From: the human T2T-CHM13v2.0 reference genome, Homo sapiens
NCBI RefSeq assembly: GCF_009914755.1
Contig: NC_060928.1
DNA: 64,000 nt
Strand: one strand, 5' to 3'
Positions 30,356 through 46,420 of the stretch are shown here, piece by piece. A program made the position numbers and the translations under genes. Every line of letters begins with the position of its first letter. The stretch's first letter is position 1. The notes below the pieces were generated by a model. The model was given only the letters and a program-made list of their open reading frames with translations. It was not told where the DNA came from and made no database searches.

Positions 30356-30794
30356 TTACACATGTGACAAAGGAAATACAAGGGTATTTACTGTATATAG
30401 TAAGTACGTTTGCTATAGCAGATAAGAAGCAAACTAATATCACCAATAGAAGGCTGACTAAATACATCATGGCACACTTATACAAGAGAACACTAGGCAG
30501 ACATTAAAACATAATTATATGTACTGATATGTATGATATGAATTAATTAAGTGAAAACAGAAGATGTAAAAGAGTTTGAAAAGAACACACTGTCTTATTT
30601 CTGAGTCTTTACTAAGTCTTTCATTTATGGGATGTTCCCCTAATTATTTCATTTTGAACAATGATGTATTATTTGTTAAATATACATTACTCTGAAATGA
30701 TACCCCATCTAGAATGTAATCGGTCAAAATGAAAAGATAAAAATATTACCCCCCTTATAATTTCAAGAGTTGAATACAGTTATAAAAGTCTCCA

Positions 30795-31047
30795 AAAAGT
30801 TTAGGAGAAATAAGTTCAAGAGATCCATTGTAAATATGGTGACTATAGTTAATAATAATGTATTGTATATTTAAAAATTGCTGAAAGAGATTTTAAGGGT
30901 TCTCACCACAAAAAACGATAAGTATGAGGCAATGCATATGTAAACTACCTTGACTTAGCCATTCCACAATGTATACATACATCAAAGCATCATGCTGTAC
31001 ACCTTAAATACATAAAATTCTTGTCAATTAAAAAATAAATTTAAAAA
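30795..31047 (+). mobile_element. L1MA (8/9-like) 3' end
   Basis: aataagttcaagagatc...ggtgactatagttaataat...ttctcaccacaaaaa...ccattccacaatgtatacat. Confidence 0.8.
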
Positions 31048-31619
31048 TATCCAATGAGTAATTTAAAGGAAAACAACCTCACTGGCCTTATGAATTGACT
31101 GACTTTCTAATAAAGAGGTATTACAAATTTGAAGAAGCACAAAAGCAATGTGGTAGGTAAGTGTATTGTACAAATCACAAGCATATACCTACACAGATTT
31201 TTAAAAACATATAATTGTCCTAATGTTTCATAGATGCATGCTGTGACTTAGGACAAAATTTCCGGTGAAGACAACATACATTAATTAAAATAATTCAGTA
31301 TCTGAAAACCTTAGAAGTGAAGGTGACACACTCTGGGATTTGCTTATGTAGCCCCCAGAATTGCACTAATAGTGCCAAAGACACTGATGCTAAAAATGCA
31401 TGTGAAGCTGCCAACAGTGCATAGGAAGCTTTCAAATAAAACTGTTTGGAAAAGATAAGACAGGAAAAAAGCAATATGTCTAAGTTAACATATCTGATGT
31501 GATTTTAAATATGGACATGTTACTAAACTGTTAAATCATATAAAAATAGACATTTTAACAATTTCAGCCACAAACCCAAAACTTAGCCCCAACTTATTTC
31601 TTATCTTCTCAACGGGAAA

Positions 31620-32516
31620 TGGAGATCTCCTTTTGAATTTTAAATTAAACTGCCTACTTGACAACTCCACGTGGATATCTAGACCACTTAAAATGGTGAA
31701 AACAGAATTCCTAAGACCCTACCCATCTCACCTTGCCTCATCTTACTTCCTGCCAGTTTTCCCACATATGGAGTACCATCACCTCCACAGTTACTCAAAC
31801 CAAACACGTAGGAATTACTCTAAATTTCTGTTTCCTTCAACTCTCACATTCAGTTGCGCAGTCAAGTTCTGTCAACCTGACTTCCAAAATCCTATATCCC
31901 AATCTGCTTATTTCTATCTCCATTACTACCACCCTGGTCCAAACCCCACTATCTCTCAGTTGGATTGTTGCCATAGTCCCCTAATTAATCTCTCTGATCC
32001 TATACTTACCCCCTTGCAATCCCATTCTCCACACAGCAGCCACAGTAAATTTTCAGCAAAGTATGTCAACATCTTAGCTACCCTACTTGGCTTTTCATTG
32101 AACTGAGAATAAAACCTGAGCTCTTGTAATCCCCTACAAATAGGTTCCTCTCGCCCATGCCAGCATCCTTGGCGCTCCTGAAGCACACCAAGCACTAACT
32201 GCCCTGTCTGGGATGCTCTCCCCTCATTGGCACATGGCTGATCCACTTCCACATCCCCTGCTCAAACAAGTCATCTCTGACTGCTCCACCTAAAGTGGTC
32301 CTGACACATCATGTTCTTATCCTACATAATTTAAATTCTCACTATCTGCTATTTTTCTTGTTTATCAATCTGTTGTTATATCATCTATCCCCTCTGACTA
32401 GATATTTCATTAGTGCTACGTGTTCACTGCTGCATCTCCTGTACTTAGATTAATGCTTACCACATACAGTAGTAGGTCCTCAAAATATTTCTTGAAGTAA
32501 ATGAATAAATAAATGA
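31620..32516 (+). mobile_element. L2a 3' part
   Basis: ctgcctacttgacaactccac...gtaggtcctcaaaatattt...aatgaataaataaatgaa terminus. Confidence 0.75.
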
Positions 32517-33194
32517 AGCCTCCTGAAGCATCAAAAGGTACAACAGTCTTTTGAATATCTAAATGCTGGTGTGTTTATTACAGAAAATCAACATGTGTTT
32601 TAGCGATTACTGTTCATCACCCCTTGGATGTGTAAGTCTCACAACTGACCGTGACTAATTTATGCTTGTATACTTGCAGTGCCTGGTGCAGCATATGTCT
32701 TAAGCAGAGCCAGTGCCTAAAAGTTCTACATTATGTGTTTGTGATTACTCTATTTGTCTCATAAATGTTGCTTACGGATATTTTCTTAGAGACATTAACT
32801 CAATATTAAATGACATAGGAAAAGCAGATGTAGCATATTCAGTCAGTCAATCAACAATCCGTATTAACCACCAGTGGTAGGGAAAGAGAGTTCTCATGAC
32901 TACATTATTGATTATCTGAGTCCCTGTAATTACATACTTGCAGAGGAAAACATGTTATCATAACATCAAAATCACTGATGAACCAACCACAAATAAAATT
33001 AAATCATTTCTCACACATCTTTCCCTTTGAGCATTCCTTGGAGTTCTGCAGTGCACAATCTATATGGCCAAATGAAGTGGGCCTTTGCCCTTAAGACTAA
33101 TATCTATACTCCGCTGATTTTTAAAAAATACTTCAGTCTGTATGCAAATACAAATCACCTGCAAATTGAAATTAAAATTCTTATATAAGACATA

Positions 33195-33972
33195 TGCTAT
33201 GGTCTAAAATGTATGTCCCTACAAAATTCTTCTCTTGAACCCTAACCCCGAAGGTGATAGTATTAGGAGGTGGGGCCTTTGGGAGGGTTCTGCCCTCATA
33301 AATAGGATTAGTGCCTGATGTAGTTTGGATGTCCCCTCAAAATCTCATGTTGAAATGTAATCCCCAGTGTTGAAGGTGGGGCTTAGTGAGAGGTAATTGG
33401 ATTATGGCGGCAGATCCCTCATGAATGGCTTCACACCATCCCCTTCATGATGAGTGAGTTCATGGCCTTGTTTAAAAGTTGTTTGTTTAAAAGTACATGG
33501 TACCTCCCACCATCCCGTCCTTGTTCTCATTCTTGCTCCTGCTCTTGCTATAACTTTCTCACCATATGATATGCAGGTTTCCACTTCACTTTCCATATGA
33601 CTGAAAGCTTCCTGAGGCCTCCCCAGAAGCTGGGCAGATGCCAACACCATGCTTCCTGTAAAGCCTGCAGAACCATAAGCCAATTAAACCTCTTTTCTTT
33701 ATAAATTACCCAGCCTTGGGTATTTCTTTAAATCAATGGAAGAACAACCTATTAGAGGGCCCTTATAAGGGGCCTATGGGAGCTTGTTAACTCCTTTTGC
33801 CCTTCTGTGAGGACACATAAAAGTTGACATCTATGAGGAAGAAGCCTCCACCAGAATCTGCTGGTGCCTTGATCTTGGACTTCCCAGCATCTGAAACTGT
33901 GAGCAACAAATTTGTGTTTATAAATTATCCAGTCTAAGCTATTTGTTATAGCAGCCAGCATGGACTAAGACA
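33195..33972 (+). mobile_element. MST/MLT1A LTR with a nested MSTB-like LTR (33316-33756)
   Basis: Outer tgctatgg...ggactaagaca; inner tgatgtagtttggat...; degenerate TSD gtgcc/gggcc. Confidence 0.8.
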
Positions 33973-35411
33973 ATATAGATTTTCTAGACATAGACTAAAG
34001 TGATGTTGGAGAATCCTTCTACTATTACACAAAGCCACTGACAATTAAGAGTTATGCCCAATTAAAGACCAGTTAACAATTGAAGAAACAATCAATAAGG
34101 ATAATGACATAGCAGATACTCACAAAGAGAATATTAGTCAAATAATTATATTCTGAATTAAGAAAGCCCCTTGGGCAAAGCTGATGAAGCCTTCAAATAT
34201 TAATTCAAAAAACTAGTTTAGGGAGAAAATTATCTTTATGACCCTGCTGCAAAAGCCAAACATGAACTGAAGATAATTGTTTATGGCTACACTCTGTTAC
34301 AATTTATTTAACAGAGTTAGCAGAGTTTCATCCTAAGAATTAGCAGAGTGTCATTACAATCTCAATTTTATTATTAATAGCTCAAATATAAACTTATTTT
34401 CATAATCTGTGGTTCTATTTTTCAAGATAAAGCTCCAACCAAAACCTTCTCATGAACTTTTTTCTATTTTGATAGAATTAACTTTAATTGTCTTTTTTTT
34501 TCTGGAACGAATTATTCCCATAAGACAGAGATTTCCACAAGGTACTATATTGGGCACCAGGGACAGAATAATGAGCAACTCCAGAAAAATTATCATGATC
34601 TTTCCTTTCAAACTTAAAAGTTTATATTGTGTTCAGAAGTTATATACATATTGGATGTTTCTGGCATATGAAGTTAGGTAAATGTACACAAATAAGTAAC
34701 GGAAAAGATGATTGTGAACATGTCCAATATAAAAGTAGAAAGCAACGGATGGAAATCCAGAAACCTCAGTAGTAGTTCTGACTGGGTAATCACTTCGATG
34801 GTCTAGGATAGGACCTCTATTTTCCTTTCCCTTTATTAATTCTAGGGGGTTTTGAAAAATATTCACATTAGTGCTACTGAAAAAAAAACCATAATTTTAT
34901 TTAAACCTGGTGAGGCAGGCATTAATGGTCCTACTTTCTAAAATATGAAGCTAATTAAATGTCTGAACCACACCCATTCTACTATTTGGTGGCAACACCA
35001 GGAATCAAATCCAGGTTTCCTATTCCAGGTACTATACCCTATTAAGAATATAAAAGTTCCCAGAGCATCAGTGCTTGCCATGAAGAAGGCACTCCGTAAC
35101 ATCTAGCTGAATCTAGAAGTAAAAATCAAATTCAAGCAGAGAAGGCATAGAGAAAGATGACTTACGACACATGTTCAAATGAAATCCTTTACCTCCAGGT
35201 CATAAAAGGACCACACACTGTTTTCTTAAGGTAAAAACACTATTTCTAAGGACTCAGGGAACAAAGATTCTTAAGGATAGTGTCCATAAAAAAAAAAATC
35301 TAACTAAATTCCAACATATCTATGTTTCTCTGAAAACAGGTCACATTTTATAAGTCTAAAGCAATGTACTGAAAAGAAGTATAATAAATGTGTTCGAGAA
35401 AAAGTCATCCC

Positions 35412-35550
35412 CAGAGTTGCTAGATTTAGCAAATAAAAAAGACAACCTGCTAAAAATGAGTTTCAGATAAATAATGAATAAGTTTTCAGTATAAGTAGTA
35501 TCTGAAATTCAAGATGAACTGGCTGTCCTGTATTTGATCTGGCCACTCCA
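35412..35550. mobile_element. MER53, internally deleted
   Basis: gttgctagatttagcaaataaaa...tatctgaaattcaa...gtcctgtatttgatctggc. Confidence 0.75.
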
Positions 35551-35899
35551 GTCATTCTACATAGCTTTTCCTAACTGAAATTGTTGGCGGATAGGCAACA
35601 AAGAGAAGGCAGGTTCTATGCAGCATACTAGTAAGTTCCAGGCTATCAAATCGCTCATTTTATCATTGAGAGCGCACAAAGGACTACCACAAAGTAATCC
35701 TGTGTATGATAATTGAACCTTTTGAAAGCACTTGGATTCATAACTTGCAATAAAACTAGAGCATAAAATATCTCCTTAAATCAAGTTAATTCATTTTGCT
35801 CTAAAACCATCCCACATAATGTATTGCATAGGGACAAAACAAACTGCAAACTACTTATAAAAGGGAGATTTACTAATTGACAAAAATTCTTGGGATTAC

Positions 35900-36450
35900 A
35901 AAGCATTGAGAGGCTGCACTTTCAGCCATGAGTCCTGGGTTCTAATCTCAGCATTTGTTACTAATAGGATGTGTGACTAGCACTAAGCAATTTTCTTCCC
36001 CTGAGTTTCCATTTTATCCCTGATAAAACAAGAAAAATAGCACCAGTTCTGGCCTTTTATGAAGTGTAAGGTGCTGACTGTCTTCAGCAGAGTATAAAGT
36101 CAGGAATATTAGACTAACAATCAGGTGATAATTCTAGTTCCAGCTACAACACTACATGGATCTGATGCTAAAACAATTACAACTTCTCTGGAGTTCATTT
36201 TCACTGGAGTTTGAGATCTTCAGTGGTAAAAATGGGCTGCTGTATTAACAGGCTATTAAGACTCCCCACCACAGTTTGCAGTATGAATAGGACAAGAAGT
36301 GGTCCTTGGGTCTGTCAACTTAACTTCTTTTTGCCCTTCAACTTCCTCATTTTTAAGTAGGGGAAAAGTCTTCTGGCTCCTTCACTCACTGCACAGGGTT
36401 GATGTGTGAGTCAAATTAGAAAATGCACATGGAAGCATTTCAAGATCTCT
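35900..36450 (+). mobile_element. Cluster of decayed MIRs
   Basis: Repeated ctgggttctaat/gtgtgact/agtttcc-like MIR cores. Confidence 0.5.
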
Positions 36451-39183
36451 TCAACATATCTAAGAATTTGCTATCTCTTACACCCTTAGTACTCATTCCA
36501 ATGAAGACAAAGGGCTGGGTTAAGGAGCAATGGCTGTTATTTCCTCAAAAAGGTCAGCCAAGAGAATCAGAAAAAGGATGAGAGTAAAAAGGTTGTTTTT
36601 GGTGATACAAGCCCACAGGTTGAGGGGCCCTAACTGGGTTGGGATATAGGCCAGCAACATGCACCATGAACACTCAAAAGTCCTTGGCCAAAGCAAATAC
36701 TTCAGAATGGCATTCTTGACAGACTCCTACTAAGTTCAAAAAAAAAAAAGAAAAAAAAAAGAGAACAGTTTAAATTACATCATAGCCATCTGAGCAAAAA
36801 CAACAAAACAGAAACAAATTCCATTGAAGCATCTGTAGCTTTTACCACAAGTACTAATAATCTGGACTCTCCACTTTCATGTATAAGTGTATCTTTGCTA
36901 ACTGCCCTGCAAACCTGGAAGCAATCAGAAGAAAGCCTAGCTGCCCTCTTGAAGTCTTTCAGTTAACTTTTACAAAGCTATTAATGAAAGACAACAGGCC
37001 CTCCACACTTCAAAGAAAGCCACAGCCATGGAAAATGCAATGAACATTGAAGCCAATAATTTATAGTCAATGATAAGAGCCTGAGTTTTACATCACATCC
37101 ATATCTTCCTCTCTTCTCACCAAAATCTTTTATTATCCTCCAATCACTTATTTCCTACATATTTTATTACACAAAAAATTCTTACCCATAAATGAGTTGT
37201 ATTACATACCCTTTTAACAAGAGTGAATTTAGTTTTGCTTTTAAACTTTTACAACACATCCTGAGATACGAAGAAACCCTGGTGGGCACCCCAAAATCAC
37301 CGTTGGAAGTTATTCCTTTCAGATAACACTAATGTCGATATAACCTGTTGTTTCAAACTTGCATATTCCACAGATGATACTTAAGGCTCACGAAGATATC
37401 CTTTTCCATACGGAGCAAGCAAAGAACCCCAAAATTCATATTAATTAGATGGTAGGACATAAAACCAAATGGAAGTTGCCTAAAACCTTTTGAGCTCTTG
37501 TCATAAATGTGACTCAAATCTTACTCTCGAAACTCTTTACACAATGAATCAAATCAGAAGTTTATTATCCAGATATTCTACTTTACAGAAGACTCTTGCA
37601 GCTCAAACTGCTTATAAAATAATGATTTAATATAAAAATCAGTGTCATTAAGCATAATGTTTAACACATTTTGATTTCATGAAGCTAACAGCACCGCACC
37701 TGTCAAGAGTCATGATGATGTTATTGTGTGAGTAGAGCACCCAGCAAAACTAATGAGCATGTGCACTACCCTGGTTCCAGCAGCTGCTGCAGGAAAAGGC
37801 GAAAGTTGACAGACATTTTGTGTCTTTAGTAATACAAAGGGATGAACAAATTCATTCGTGAATGATAAAAAAAAAAAGGAATTCTGGAGGTTAGGAAGCT
37901 TAGAAGGTGAATGGTTATCAACTTTTACAATAGTTTTAACAAAGAGTTTATTTTATCAAAATGACACACGGCAAAAATACAATGCTATTCCATTTTACAC
38001 ATACTATGTGCTCATATTTTGTAACTAAATGAAAAGTGTGGCACTCTTAAAATGATGGACTCAATTAAGTTAATGATTAAATTAAATAGTGCCAAGTTAG
38101 TATTGTAATACATTTTTATGGATATTTAAATAGATTTGTATTGCATATTGGGTACACTTCATCTCATAGTCTCTAAAAAGTTTATAAATTGATTAATAAT
38201 ATTCATTGAAAAAAATGAAATGTAACTGTATGGCATATAATCTGGGAAGAATCAAAACCTTCCCCCCTTTCCAATTTATTGCTTCCACTCAAGATTGTTA
38301 TAAACCTATCACAAAATAGAAAACTACACCTTATGTTTTGGGTTTTTAGAAATTTTCCACTAATCTACACAAGTCACGGCTTCTTCCAAATGCCCTCTAT
38401 CTAGAAGTATTAAATAGGACTACAAAACTTGTTGACAGGATGCAGGGATGCAAGCCCTGGAACTGCATTTCAAATATAATTAGCTAAAGGGACACACACA
38501 CACACACGCACACACGTGTCTGTGTCCGAAGGGTCTCCCTGTGGCAATAACTTTACTTTCTACCAAAGTGGAACTGCTCACTCACATTACAAAATGAATC
38601 TTGAAAAAGACAGAAAGGCTTTAAAATACATATTCAATATTCCAGATGTCTTGAAATGGAAAATTAATTAAAATATTTTATAAGGTTTATAGAATATTTC
38701 TTGGCTTCTAGAAAAGTAAGGAAAAGAGAAGAAAAATTGACAAGGCAAAGTAAACTTTTGATATAAACATAATAACCCTCACGAGTTAAAAGTATAACTA
38801 GGTGAAACCTACTCGTAGAGCAACTAGTTTAATACGTTTTGCACTCTGGCCTAAAATAATGTATCAAAGGATAAAAATCCTTTGAAAATATACTGTACTA
38901 GGGTATTTGTGTTCTAATGCTAAAAAGATAATTATAATGGCCTAGTACCGAAATTTTCAACCACTCTATTTTAAAATGTCATTTGAGATTTCCCAATTTT
39001 TATACTCTGAAATTATATATGGAAACTAAACTCACTTGGGCAGTCTTTAGGCACATCATTAAGTAATGTGCTTCCATAGAAAGAGGCCGTAGAAGAAAAT
39101 GTTAACCTCTTCCTGAGTTAGAAACCTCATGACATTAAATCTATGAGCCTTTGCTTTGCTTGCATTAATATTGACACTGACTT

Positions 39184-39370
39184 TCAGTATAGCACAGTGA
39201 TTAAGGGCCCTAGATGAGACAGACTTAGGCTTTAACCCCAGAATCACCTCTTTCTAAGAATATGACCTTAGGTACATTATTTACTCTCTTTGTAAAATGG
39301 AGATCATGATAAAAGTAAAGGAAATGATGCTGGAGTCAGATACACAGTGTTTCATTCATGATAGTTATTG
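39184..39370 (+). mobile_element. MIR
   Basis: cagtatagcacagtgattaaggg...tgaccttagg...tgtaaaatggagat. Confidence 0.65.
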
Positions 39371-41062
39371 TTTTTAAGTTAACTGAATATTAAGTGGAGT
39401 ATATTTTTTAAACTGATTAAGTTTTTGGTTTTTTTAAATAAAGAAAAATTATTTAATGGATTTATACAGCAGAATAAGTAGATGTTGGCTCTTGCTTCTT
39501 CCTAAGCCCCTAATTTAAAAACAATAACTTCTCTACAGAGGTATTTCATATTAAAATAAAAGAGAGAGGGCTGTTTTCATGTATTTTTTCAAATTACAAT
39601 TTAAAAAATGGACTCCTCAGACTAATATCTACACTTACATATAACAAAATTTTCTGAATTTCATATTAAGATTAGGTGATAAACATTTAACTGAAAAAAA
39701 TAAATGCAAGAATATAATTTGTTTTTTTCAGTACTACTTAGAGACTTTTTTTTTGTCAAAAATAAGTTATAGATTTGGGGACTATTTTTTCCCAAAATAT
39801 AAAAGTTAAAACTGTTTGACAACAAATTTAAAAAAAATACAATAATTACCTATGATGAACACCATAGCAATACTTCATAATTCTAAACTGGAGCACAGTT
39901 TTAATATCTGATAAAACAATGCTTTAACACTCTGCTATAGGTAATTTATGGATTAAATTGGCTGTTTTAGTTCTTATCCATGGGTACTTACTTGGGTAAA
40001 TCCTAAAAGTAGGGTGATACCAATCCTTGGACCTCAAAAATGTCCATATAGCAAGTCCATTGAGCAGTAACTTTTGGGGGAGATTTGCAGGGTGTATTTT
40101 TGTGTTTATAAGTCAGCTACTAAAATGCCATCCTCTTTTCTCTTTTCAATGCCTTTTTCATTAGTCATGTGAATTAATCACTAATACCAGCATTGCAAAG
40201 AGTATACTAAATTTTCTGACTGGAAAGTATGATTGATAACTTATATGGAAATCTGCTAAAATTAGGGAAAACACAAAATAACTCACATAAAAAATTATGT
40301 TGGCTACTTTTCCTGCTCTTGGATCCTTATTTTATACAGTTTCAGTTACGTTGTTTGCATAATTTGACCTGGATCCACTACTCAAATTTGGAAAAATACT
40401 TAAAAGAATGAAACTATTCAATCTGAGAAACTGATACTCGGCTCTCCTGGTGAGAAAAAAGAACTCTTACAGCTGAAAGAGATTTTTAAGCTCACTTATG
40501 AATCTCTCCGCCTTGAGTCTTCACCCTCTTTCACCTCCCGTCTTAAAGTTTGAGGTTCATTAACTTGAGCCAGTCACAAAGTTAGCTAATAGCAAAGCTG
40601 GAAACAAAATCTGGGGGTCTGGGCTCCCATTCCAGTTCCCTTTCCAGTACCTTACACAATCCCACAAAAACTTCTGTTCGAACCATTAATAAAATTCATC
40701 TAAAAAATGAAAATGACATTTAAAGTCTATGAAATCACTATGCTGTCAGAACTTAATTCCCATCTACCAGGATAAGGAAATGCCTATCAAAGTTTGTGAT
40801 TACATTTAAGGCACTGATGATGCTCAAGGTAAAATGGTAAACTACTGAAAATTACCACTAAAAAGATAAGGAAACATGCATTATTTCCTTTAATTTTCTA
40901 ATGAACACTATGAGGTAAATGACATTATCTCCATTTTACAGAGAGAGTAAATAATGCACCTAAAGTCTTCCTCTTAGAAAAGTAGGTCTGGGGTTGAAGC
41001 CTAAGGCTGTCCTATCTAGGGCCCTTCACCATAAACAGAAATCAATTTCAAAGGGTTCACAA

Positions 41063-41270
41063 CAGTGGCTCCTAATCAAGTAGTGGTGCCAACCCTTGAG
41101 GGGCATTTGGAAATGTGTGGGAATAGATTTTCCATCACATGGATGGGGGTGGCCCTGGCATTTAGTGTCTGGAGTTCAGGGATGTTAAATGTCCTGCTAT
41201 GCACTAGACAGCCTCTAACAACAAAAAAGTGTCACCACCAAATGCCAACATCTTCTTTTGAGAAGCAATG
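41063..41270. mobile_element. MER20-family hAT element
   Basis: cagtggctcc...ggcatttggaaatgt...ctggcattt...caaatgccaa...gagaagcaatg. Confidence 0.7.
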
Positions 41271-42325
41271 GTTTAGATGATTAAGAGATTAACAGACTAT
41301 TATTAAACAAAACGGGAGATTTTGGACACCTCTAAGTGATATCCTCCAATAACCTCTACTCTGATGTTACAGTGAGTAGTTCGCTTGGGTCTGGCATGGT
41401 AAGGAAATGAAGAGTCTGCCCAAAGTTATTTAGTATTTCTAAGTTTGCTCCAGCTATGAAAACATCTGAGAAGCTTAAAATGCAGAATTGCTTCATATGA
41501 TTTTAACTTCAAATTTGACTGAGAATTGGAAGGGACAAAATATTTTGTAATTTTCTGTACATTCACAACACATGGTATAAAAGAAGTTGCTTAAAGGAAA
41601 ACCTACCACTTCTGAAAGAAAACAATAACTCAAATCTATGCACTAAACATGTAAATCAGTTGGCTTTGCAGTTTAGATATGGGAGAGACTGGACTACAAT
41701 GGCATTTATCTGAGGTTTGAGAGCCCACAGAATTCAAAACAAGTATGTTTTGAAGATCTTTACTTTGTTCTATAAAATGTTCTAATTTTATATTTTCACA
41801 ATAATCATAATCAAAACAAAAGAAAGTGAAAGAAATTGCTTTCAGTTACTGGGAAGACCATCTTATTACCAACTACTGCCCTGCAATTTTAGTTCTAAGG
41901 TTTATATTTGTGTTAATGAGAAAATAAAAGACGTAAATTTAATATGCATATATGCCTTCATAGCAAGTAAAAAATGAAAGCTGGTATGCTGTGCTAGAGG
42001 AATAAGTTTCATGATTGTTCAGAGAGACCCAGTGGGAGAAGTGAAATCATTATAGGCCAAATTGTAGCAAAGGCCAGCTGACTTACCATACTGTTTTTCA
42101 GATAGTTAGAACCATATCTACTTTGCAAGAGTGTTTTAATGAATGCTGTAAATCTGCATTTGGCTGTGGTTTTATCATTTTGTTCGTAATTAACTGAGAA
42201 TGTATTTTGGCATTACAGTTGCATAAATGTTGTAACTATGATTAAATTATATCTGCTTTTATTTATTCTACTTCTAAGAATTCCACACTTCACTAACATT
42301 AAAATAAAAGGAAGTCAACACTAGT

Positions 42326-42946
42326 TATGGTAGACATCTAGAACTTCTGGGTCTGCCCACATCACTTTCTTTTGGGAATGTACCCTCCCCAATGATATAT
42401 CACCTTATGGGCTACGTGCCCCAACAAAACAGTCAAACAACCCTACTCTCCCGAATACAATGATTGGTTCAGAGTTGGGATGTGACCCAGATGAGACCAG
42501 GGTAATCTGGGGAAGACTGATATGGATAAGAAGGCACCTCTCTAATATCAGAAGTTTAAGACCCACATACAGTTAACAAGTAGAAACTCTCAGCACATGA
42601 AGAAAGCATGCAAGAAAATAAAGCCAACACAGCACAGGGCCAAAAGATACATGGATAGATGAATACATGAACAAATGGATACATGGACAGATAAATAGAT
42701 GCAAGGAAGGGCAGGTAAACAGAGTAGATAGATGAAAAGATAAATAGAGATAGGTAGATACATAGATAGATAGACAGACAGAGAGATAGTTAGATAGACA
42801 CAGAGACAGACAGAATTTTGGCAACATTATTTGATTAGTTAAATTCACAGCTAACCCAATCCCGCAAGCAATTAAAATTATGTGCATCAATTCTCTATGG
42901 GTTCAAGTTGAGTTTCTGTCACTTGCAACCAAAAGCTTTCTAATAT
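42326..42946 (+). mobile_element. LTR16-like ERVL LTR with internal (GATA/GACA)n low-complexity tract (~42645-42815)
   Basis: gattggttcag..tgtgaccca and tttctgtcacttgcaaccaaaag motifs. Confidence 0.6.
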
Positions 42947-43012
42947 ATTGTAAATCAAAAAGAATGTCTTTCTTTAATAGGAGTACATTACTTAAGTTTG
43001 AAAAATGAGATT

Positions 43013-43375
<363 letters not shown>

Positions 43376-43714
43376 TTAATTATTTCATCAGCTCAGAATG
43401 TCAGGGTCTTCTCTCTTTGTATATTTTCAGTATAGGTATTCAACTAAAAGTAGAGAAGATAATTCTTATTTTTTATAATTATCACTATGAACATGATATC
43501 AAATGGTGATCCTTTCTCTCCCGATTTTAGGTAAAATACAATTATTCAGAGAAGAAAATTTGCAAAAAGTTAATCTTACTTTATAATTCAGAATCAAGGG
43601 AAAAGTCTCCCCTCTCCTGAAGATTAAAAAATCTAACAATGGTACATAAGACATTTAAAAGCATTTTCATTGCAAACTAAAAACCAGAGAAAATATATCT
43701 TTAAAAGCTTTAAA

Positions 43715-44018
43715 GGCCGGGTGCGGTGGCTCACGCCTGTAATCCCAGCACTTTGAGAGGCCGAGGTGGGTGGACCACGAGGTCAGGAGATCGAGACCAT
43801 CCTGGCTAACATGGTGAAACCCCGTCTCTACTAAAAATATAAAAAATTAGCTGGGTGTGGTGGTGGGCACCTGTGGTCCCAGCTACTCGGGAGTCTGAGG
43901 CAGGAGAATGGCGTAAACTCGGCTTGCAATGAGCCGAGATTGCGCCACTGCACTCCAGCCTGGGTGACAGAGCAATACTCCGTCTCGAAAAAAAAAAAAA
44001 AAAAGAAAGAAAAAAAAA
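43715..44018 (+). mobile_element. AluY/Sc-like with a small right-arm deletion
   Basis: TSD aaaagctttaaa. Confidence 0.92.
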
Positions 44019-46117
44019 GCTTTAAAATATTTTTAGAATTTTTATCAAAATGATTCTTATAAACTTAACACTCAGTTTGCTTTACCTACCTTAAACATTT
44101 GGTTGGCAACAAATATAAATTCCTACCACTCAGAGAAAATGAATTAAGCACTTACATTGCAAAAAAAAAAAAAAAGTAATTTAAAACGAGAATATCAGTC
44201 AGTAAATAAGATTACAGAGCTAAATATCAAATGAATGACTCATATGGAAAGACTTTCTTCAATTTTTATTCCTAGGTATGTGGCTCACAGGCACTTTTCC
44301 CTGAGAACCTGGTATAACAGATATTTCCAAGCCACATTCACCAGCTGTAATAGTGGCCAACTGAATCTACATCTATGCAGCTAAACTAATTTCATAGGAA
44401 GTCCTGCAAAGTCAGTAACTAGTCTGCATCCTAAATTCACAAATTAGTCATTTTTCAACCCTTCACTATCAATCAACTCATTGATTTATTTAATTGTCCT
44501 ACAGTCCTTACTAAAGGTTTTTTTATCCTAGGAAGAGGTTTTTATCCCACAATTGGCTGTTGGAACAAAGAACAAATATAGCTTGACACAGCAATTATAG
44601 GTTTAACTTCTAAGTTAATTTGTATTTTCAAATCTAGAGGAAGGGGTGCCTCAAAGTAGGACACACTCCCTATAATCAGATAAGGGCGAAGCTACAAGCT
44701 TTACCTATACAACCTTAACAGAATTCCAAATATTTCAAAAGAAATAATACTTGAGACCAGAGTCAAATCATTTATTTAAGCAGAATAATTTAAAAAGGAA
44801 ATTTGGTTGCATAGCATAATCAAAATACTAAAAATTTCCTCATCTTGAGGTGCTGAGGACATAAACGTGTGAAAATATTGACAATTTCTACAGATCATCA
44901 GATGACAGACTGAAAAAAAGCTACTGAATGATACCACAAGCCTATTTAAGTTTGTGTTATACTAAGCAAATCTATTTATTTGAAGATATCCATCTACACT
45001 AATTGCCATTGCATTAATTCTACCACATTTTTAGGAATCATGTAGTTTAGGCTCTAACATGGGTCTGAATTTGAAACTTTGAAAACACTAGAGATAGAAG
45101 AGCAATGAGAAACATTATTTCAGGGGCTCCTATGGATTTCTCCAGGCAGGAAGAATGCAATCCAGAAGAGTGCTTCAAGGACACTAAAAGCAGCTTAGAG
45201 CTGGTTATATGGACCCTGGTTATGAACAACATAAGAAAAAAAGGCCATTATTGCACCAGAATTACCATTATAAAAATACTATAAACAATATCAAAGTTAG
45301 ACTGGGTCAATGCTCAGAGGGTTTTATTATCATCAACACTAACAACTGCCTCACAAAATATGCTTAACAATTCATTTGTCTGAAAATTGTGGAAAGTTTA
45401 TATTCCTATATAATTATAGAAACAATAATTTAAAAAAATACATAGCAATATTTATATACATAATCTGATTGTATTGTAAATACCGTGCAATAAAAATGCT
45501 ACAGCTTTTAGAAGTGAGAGAAGAATTACAAGGAAAAAAAATGAAGGACGGAATTCCAAACACAGGACCAGGAACCTCAATTAATTCAGCACAGCTTTGC
45601 AGTATCAAATAAAGTCTATCATAGAAAGCTATATGGGAGTGTAAAACGTCTGTTTCTGGACTTTGATCCAAGCTGTCATAAAAACTTGCCCTCACTTAAT
45701 ATCTCTTATTTCCAGTATATGCCAAATATTCTCGAGCTTTTGCCTGTACAAAACAAAGCAATAAAGTCAATCATGTCATCCTTAACAATATTAAATGACC
45801 TAAAACATCACCCACAATCACAGAGCTGATTAGTAATTAATGAAAGGTAACTTTATTCTAATATGCTGTCAAGAATAACAACAGCTGTTAAGCAGCATTA
45901 GCACCAGGAAAGCTTCAGTTGTAAAAGGCATACGCATTAAAGCCCTCAATTAACACAGTAGCTGAGGCCTTCAGGACTGCAAATTGTCTACAATAGTGAC
46001 CTGGGAGTTTTCCAGATGTGATTTATTGGCCTCAAATTAATTTTTATGCCAACCGACTATGTTCTGAATCATTCAATTGACACCTTCAAATGGACATAAA
46101 CAGGTTGTGATAACTAA

Positions 46118-46420
<303 letters not shown>

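Noticed and set aside
31633-32106. 157-aa ORF
   Set aside because: Lies in an L2 relic with a TTG start; no splice or domain support
33761-33770. Perfect CArG box ccttataagg (others near 56538 and 61782)
   Set aside because: Several are expected by chance in 64 kb of AT-rich DNA, and all lie in TE relics
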